DNA of 64,000 nt from positions 124,644-188,643 of the forward strand of contig JAAOMT010000112.1 in the NCBI GenBank assembly GCA_016748015.1, given 5' to 3'. The notes under the pieces were generated by a model. That model was given only the letters and a program-made list of their open reading frames with translations, made no database searches and had not been told where the DNA came from. Position 1 is the stretch's first letter; every line of letters starts with the position of its first letter. This document shows positions 58,058-64,000 of this stretch, piece after piece. The translations under genes and the position numbers were made by a program. Source of the DNA: Geosiphon pyriformis uo1 (lineage: Eukaryota; Fungi; Glomeromycota).

Positions 58058-59011
58058 CTATTAATTAGCATGAAATTATCCTTATAATTCCTATGATTAA
58101 TTAGTATATTAATATTATTTCAAATTATCATTTATTATTTAATCAATTATCACATATTACGATTCAATTAAAATAATCTAATTAATATAACAGAAAGTAG
58201 AATGATCAAATTACACAATACTCTGAACTTTGTAACATTCTAAAATTCGCCGAAATTTACAAAAATTCGCCGAAATTATGAATAGTTCACCCAAATTAAT
58301 CAATAGTTCAGTGAAATAACTTGTAGTTCATCAAAATGTATCTTTAGTTTGCCGAAATTAGAGCAAAGAGAAAAAGTGCAAGTTCATAGACTAGTACTAC
58401 AACAAGTTGTATAAAAGAAGAGCTTTTTTCTTCAAGAAAATGTATCTTACTTTAGATTTATCACTTAGAACCATTCCTACACACACAAAAAAAAATAAAT
58501 ATCAAATAATTCGAAAAACCAAATTCTTTAATTATTACACTTAGAAAATTCTCAAAATCCAACTAACATTTTGAAATTGATTAGCTACCAATTTCAGTAA
58601 ACTGTTAGTGACTTCAGGCCTGGATAAAAAACGTTTCCTTTGACAGAATTCTATTTCTTTTACATTTCTTTTATTTTCTTGTATTTTCTTATTACAATCA
58701 TTAGAGTAGCCTACAGACAAGATTCCTGTAGAAGAGTTGACTTTCACAGCAAAGTAACTACACATTTTAGTGAGCTTCCAGATGAGCAATTTCTGGGAAA
58801 GAAGTTGACATTTACTACAATGTAACTACATAAAGTAACTGGCACAGAATTGGCCATTTCACTTATAAGCCCAACAATTCAAATTATAGGAGATAATTTG
58901 AAGATAAATTTAGTTATTGGAGGTTCAATTACTTCTAAAAAAAAAACGTGAATTTGCAACCAACAGACATTTACAATATTCAAGAAAAGAGACCAAAAAC
59001 CTTCAGTAACA
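58038..59011 (+). repeat. 3' LTR (~974 bp), starts TA (mutated TG), ends GTAACA
   Basis: Matches the 5' LTR; terminal inverted repeat TGTTAC/GTAACA; TSD follows. Confidence 0.93.
58243..58360 (+). repeat. ~20-bp tandem array of (A/G)TTCGCCGAAATT-like units in the LTR
   Basis: Two perfect and four degenerate units; three perfect units in the 5' LTR (49624-49679). Confidence 0.8.
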
Positions 59012-61739
59012 ACATCCAGATTTCCAGCATCCTTTGCATCATTAAATAAATCCATATTTTCCAGGAATTTGTTTAATGAACATTCCCTAAAGCATGACCA
59101 CTTATCAACATTTGCATTCTTAATCTTGAACTTCCACTTATTCTTATTGGCTTGTATACAATCATTATTGAAGTAAACATCTAAGAAACCACTCAAACCA
59201 ACTGAAACCAAAACAGTATTATGATCAATGTCAAAGAAATCAGAAACTGGAACAACTTTATGATCAGCTACTGCAGACAACAAACTCTTGCTCACAAAAA
59301 TGTAATCAATAACCTTTATAATACCCTTTGAGTTGCCCCAAATAGAAGCTTTAACCAATAAATATCCACTAAAGAAATTAACCAAGCCCAAATCCAAACA
59401 GAATTTAAAACTAGCACTTTTCTTAGATCTACTCTAATTGAAATCTTTATCTAGAACCACAAACGTGGAAGAATTAACAGCCTTGGCAATAAAAAAATTG
59501 ATTTTACAAGCTTGGCTAAATCTGGTTTCAGCAGAAGCACCAGCATAAAGGCCCAAAATCACAATTGACAGCTTGCCTTTGAAAAGAAGCCGAACAGAAA
59601 TAAGATGACCAGAAATTTTTTCAACCTTGGAAACATAATATGCAAGAAAATTGTTCATAATAATTGCTACTCCAGCACCAAGAAATCTTTTATTCAACCC
59701 AGAAGAGAATATCCTTACCCCATCAAACTTGTTTATAATTCAAGGCCTAATATTAGATCTTAACTTTGTCTTCATAACAATAGAAATCATACTTTCAGAA
59801 TTTACATACCAATAAACAATGTCTTCTTGTTTGGCAAAGACATTGATACCATGAACATTGCATGTTGCAAGTTTCCAAACTAGATCCATTATTGAGAAAG
59901 AAGAATAGCAAAAACCAAACCAGCATTGTTCATTTTGGCCAAAAAGCCCATAACTATAATTAAAAGATTGTTCAGAGTTTTTTCCATTTTTGAAATAACC
60001 AAAAAATCAAAAACCACTGCTTCCACAATAGTCTTACCACAGGTGGCCACACCTGAACCCTTACTTATCACTATATTTGCCCCTTGATTCTGTAATGAAG
60101 GAATCACCAATGGCTGACATCCAGAGCTAGGCTGGAAAACCATTGGCTTAGGTGTGTTCAACCTCTTAGCCAACTTGTTAATATATTCCACAAGACTGGC
60201 AAGATTATGCTCAAGAGCAGCAAACTTATTGTTCAAATTCACAGACTTCATCAGATTAAGTTTCATCTTCAAAGAGAAACCAGAAGCTGCTAAGCCATTG
60301 TGTACAAAGAGAGAAAGAAAAGAAGACCCACCAACAATATTGGTCCAAAAGGCACCACCAAAGAAAACAGGATGAGAGATTAGAGCAGAACATTTAGCAT
60401 AAATAAAAGCCAGTCTGCTTTTATTATCATCTGACAATATTCTGTAAAATAGGCCATCAAGAAAAACATTTCCATCCATAAAACAACTTAAAAAGGTATA
60501 ATCCAAATTTTTATACTTAACACACTTGGCAGAACTTAAGTAAGACCAGTGCAAATTGACATTCTTTAAGACAGGTGTAGTTTTTATAACAGCATTAAGC
60601 AAAAAAGCAGAGTCAAAACAAACAACAGCATATCTGACTTGGGCATACATAACAAGATGTCAATTAATAACACATGTTTTCTTATTCACAGAACCAATAA
60701 AGTCCCAGATGTTATGAGCATTGGTATCTATCAGCAGTGTATAGAGCAATACTATATGCTGATCTCTTGTATTCCATGATTCCTTGTCTGTATTAGTCTT
60801 GATGACTCTCATGGAATCTTTCCCAATTAAGATAGACCATTTAGCTGCAACCAAATCAGTTTGATTCAATTGAGCAAATTTTACTACAGCCTTCTGTCAT
60901 AGCCCCACTAATTGCATCTTAATTAATACAATAGAACCAAATTCAAAAAGTACAGCACACACAGCCTCAGCTAATATCCCAACAGGAATTTTTTTTACCA
61001 CTACAGATTTCTTTAGATTAGTGTTTACTAGAATATTTGCAGCTTCTGTCTTTTCTGTAGTCTAAAATAGGCTCGATTCAGAAGTAAATGTTACTTTGAT
61101 GATTCCAGAAAATTTTGAGGGAGTAAAAGCCCTCCCAAAATCATTAATTTTTAAAAAAAATTTCCTAACCACTACCAGCTTTTCTTGAAAAAAATTTCCA
61201 ATTACCTTATTTAAGCTAATATCTAAAGTGAATGACTTTCTAATTAGGATGTCAACCTAAGAAGTTAATTTTCCTCAGTGGCTTTCCCAGTGCTCTTTTG
61301 GTTAGAATTTTTGAATCTTTAGGTGTTTGATCCAAATTCTTTCCAGCAAGAGCACCATCTTTACTATAATCAAAGCTGGTTTCCTTAACTAAACACTCCT
61401 CTTCCATGTTCACACTATCTGACTCAGTAGTATTACCAGTTTCAGAGCTCCATAAATGACCACCCAATTCCATAGCAGCAATTTTATTATTATTAATATT
61501 ATCTTCCAAAGCATTACCTCTTCTCTTTTTTCTAAACTCAACAGATTTCACAACAATGTTAAAACCAGATTCCATAACAGATTTCTTCAGAACAGCAATA
61601 CTAGAGCCAACAGTGGCTTCATAATTAAGTAAAAACAGTTTGAATATATCATACTGAATGATAAAAAGCTTTTTTCAAAAAACTTTTTTGACTCTTTTTT
61701 GGGAATTAGAGATGAAAGAGAGAAAGAAGTTTTTTATAT

Positions 61740-63255
61740 TAATAACTTTTTTATAATTTAATTAAAAATTATTATTAGTTTAATATTTTAATATATATAT
61801 TAAATTAATACAAAAATAATTTTTAATTTACAAATATAATAAAATACTATAATTAAAATATGTAAAACTTTAAACTTTGAATACAAAAACAATTTTAAAC
61901 AATTTAAACTAAATTTTTTGTATTTATAAATAAATTTCAAGTAAATTAAACAAAGTTTAAAATTAATTAAAATTTTTATTTATTTACAAAAATTAACAAA
62001 AAATTTTAGTAAAATCAAAAAATCAAAAACATAAAATAGTACAATAAAAATTTGTGTTAAAAAAAAAATATATATTTTATAATAGATATTTATAATAATA
62101 ATATTTTTTATATTAGAAATAATTTAAATAATTAATTTAAAAACAAACTTTTTTTAACTTTAATTAATTAATTTAAAAACAAATTTTCTTATTTATTATA
62201 TTAAAAACTAATAAATTTTATAATTATTTAGTTATTAATTATTAATTTATTAATTAGTTTAAAATATTGAACTTAGAATAAATATTATTATTATTATTGA
62301 AAAAAATATTAAATTTTTGAATTTATAAGACCAAAAAAATGTTTATTATTAGATTTTACATTTTAAAAAATAATAACAAAATAAGAAATTATTAAATAAA
62401 TAATTTTAAATTGGTTTAAAACAACTTTTTAAAACTTAAATTATTATATTTAAAGATTTTTTATAGTTAAAACCAAATAGCAATTGTTAAATAACTTGAA
62501 TTTAAATATTAGTTTATAGTATTTTTTTGAGAATATTTTATAAACAATATTATATTAACAGAATTAAACCAGATTTTAGCAGTAATATAAAAACAGTAAA
62601 TTAAAAAGATATTATTAGTAAAATAATTATAATTAAATTTTTTTTTAATAACAATAAACAAAATTTTTATTAATTAATATTAATTACTTAGAAGCCAAAA
62701 AATCAATCAAATTTAATTTAACAAATTTTATTATAGTTTTTATTATTTTTTTAAAAGTATTTATAAAAATTTTCGTAATAATTACCACTTAATTTATTGT
62801 TTTTTAAGATTATTATTTACTAAAGTATTTAATTAAATTTTTTGGTATTTACTTTTTTTCCTTTAAAAAAGTTTTATTTTTGTCATTTATATTAATCTAT
62901 TGTTAACTATTATAGGCTTTTTTATTTTACATTCAAAATTAAATTTTATGTTTTTATATCTTTTATTAACAACCAAACTATTATTTAAAAAAGATTTATC
63001 TAAAAAAAAAATCACTTTATTATTAGAATTATTTATGTTTTTTTTGTTTTTTTTTTGGCTTTTAAGTAAAATCATTATTAATTGGATTATAAATGATTTT
63101 TTTTTTAATTTTTTTTTAGTTATATTATTACAAGTAGTAATTATTAGATATTAAACAAAAAAGTTGATATTTTGTAAAAAATTAATAACTATAACAAAAA
63201 ACAATTTCTCTTTGAAGAATTTTGAATTTTATTTATGTCAATAATATAAAAAAAA

Positions 63256-63291
<36 letters not shown>

Positions 63292-63720
63292 GAAAACAAT
63301 AAAAAAGCTTTTAAATTTAAGTTGTTTTATCGATAAAAATTTTAGAAATTGTGAAAGTTGTAATTTTTAAAAAAATCAATAAAAATTTAAGGAAAATAAA
63401 ATTTAATACGTAAATTTGTTTAATGTTAATAAATTTTATAATTACTTTAAACAATTATATAAAAAACCATAATAAATTGTATAAAAAAATAATTTTATTT
63501 AACATAAATAAATAATTATTTGTGTAAAAAGCATATAAACGAATTTTTATTAATAATTTCAAATTTTTTGCATATTAAAATAATGGTAAGATTACAGGTT
63601 ATTATTATAATTTGTAAATATATATATATAAAAAATAAAAATATTTGTCAAAAATTTCATTACTTTTTTGTTATTATTGTTAACCTTAAAAAGTTTGAAA
63701 GAAAATAAATTTTCAAAGTT
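61740..63720. other. Near C/G-free AT-rich tract including an (AAT)n microsatellite at ~63258-63290
   Basis: Composition; only low-complexity I/K/N/F ORFs. Confidence 0.65.
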
Positions 63721-64000
63721 TTTTAAATTTCGAAAGATATCAAGTTGAGTATTTAACTGAACTTATGATATTTACAGAAATAATTATGCTTTATTCACAG
63801 ATCTGTTAAAAGAAAATATAATTGGTTAAGAAAAAGTTATATAAGCTATATGGGTTTTATGATTAAATCATATCCTTTTGAAAATTCTCATCGGGAATTT
63901 TTAGTATTACTCGTTTAGGCAATAATACAATGAAACTTGTTTGGCGTATTTCTTTGTGTGTACCTACTTTAACCTATTTAGTATAATTTATAACGAATCA

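Larger units (their letters stand above)
49419..59011 (+). mobile_element. Ty3/Gypsy LTR retrotransposon with dUTPase; 4-bp TSD ACAT (49415-49418 and 59012-59015)
   Basis: TGTTAC...GTAACA termini, two LTRs, PR-RT-RH-IN order; removing it restores the LINE-B frame GGA AAT CTG GAT GTT ATA. Confidence 0.95.
45480..61735 (-). mobile_element. Older, heavily mutated LINE (LINE-B, related to LINE-A), split by the Gypsy insertion at 49419-59011
   Basis: ORF1 remnants ~59889-61620; APE (ATCNVHGIN, GVAIIM, IDYIF) ~59016-59889; RT (KAAGISG, AGTFVDD), RNase H (YTDSS, VELQTIALAL), CIQCG zinc finger 45700-49400; 3' end homologous to LINE-A. Confidence 0.9.

Noticed and set aside
62887-63708. Short I/K/N/F-rich ORFs (also 37308-37514)
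   Set aside because: Low-complexity by-products of extreme AT content

Overview
Eukaryotic, intron-rich fungal DNA. The gene set, a U12-type intron and the TE content suggest an early-diverging fungus, most likely Glomeromycotina/Mucoromycota (inference, not a database match). Positions ~1.9-35.3 kb form a compact housekeeping island of 13 genes: HisRS, an ALYREF/POLDIP3-like RRM protein, JMJD5-like, mitochondrial EF-Ts, a degenerate CTP synthase-like gene, COX6/Va, a GT34 glycosyltransferase, uL13m, Jac1/HscB, MCM5, TRAPPC11, CWF19L2 and an ABC1/ADCK kinase. One extremely AT-rich block (18.0-19.85 kb) interrupts it. Positions ~35.4-64 kb are a transposon graveyard: a near full-length RNase H-containing LINE, a 5'-truncated mini-copy of its 3' end, and an older LINE split by a ~9.6 kb Ty3/Gypsy element (TSD ACAT), all within near C/G-free tracts. 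Highlights: (1) an intact CTP synthase paralog with its catalytic Cys and synthetase motifs altered (candidate pseudoenzyme); (2) a Gypsy with a Cys-rich domain and dUTPase between protease and RT, a stand-alone integrase ORF preceded by TACTAAC plus an acceptor, and an extra ORF3; (3) RIP-like, non-CpG C-to-T mutation of repeats; (4) stop-start coupled ORF1/ORF2 in both LINEs; (5) a U12 intron in TRAPPC11. Exon boundaries were read by eye, and two N gaps hide parts of the TEs.
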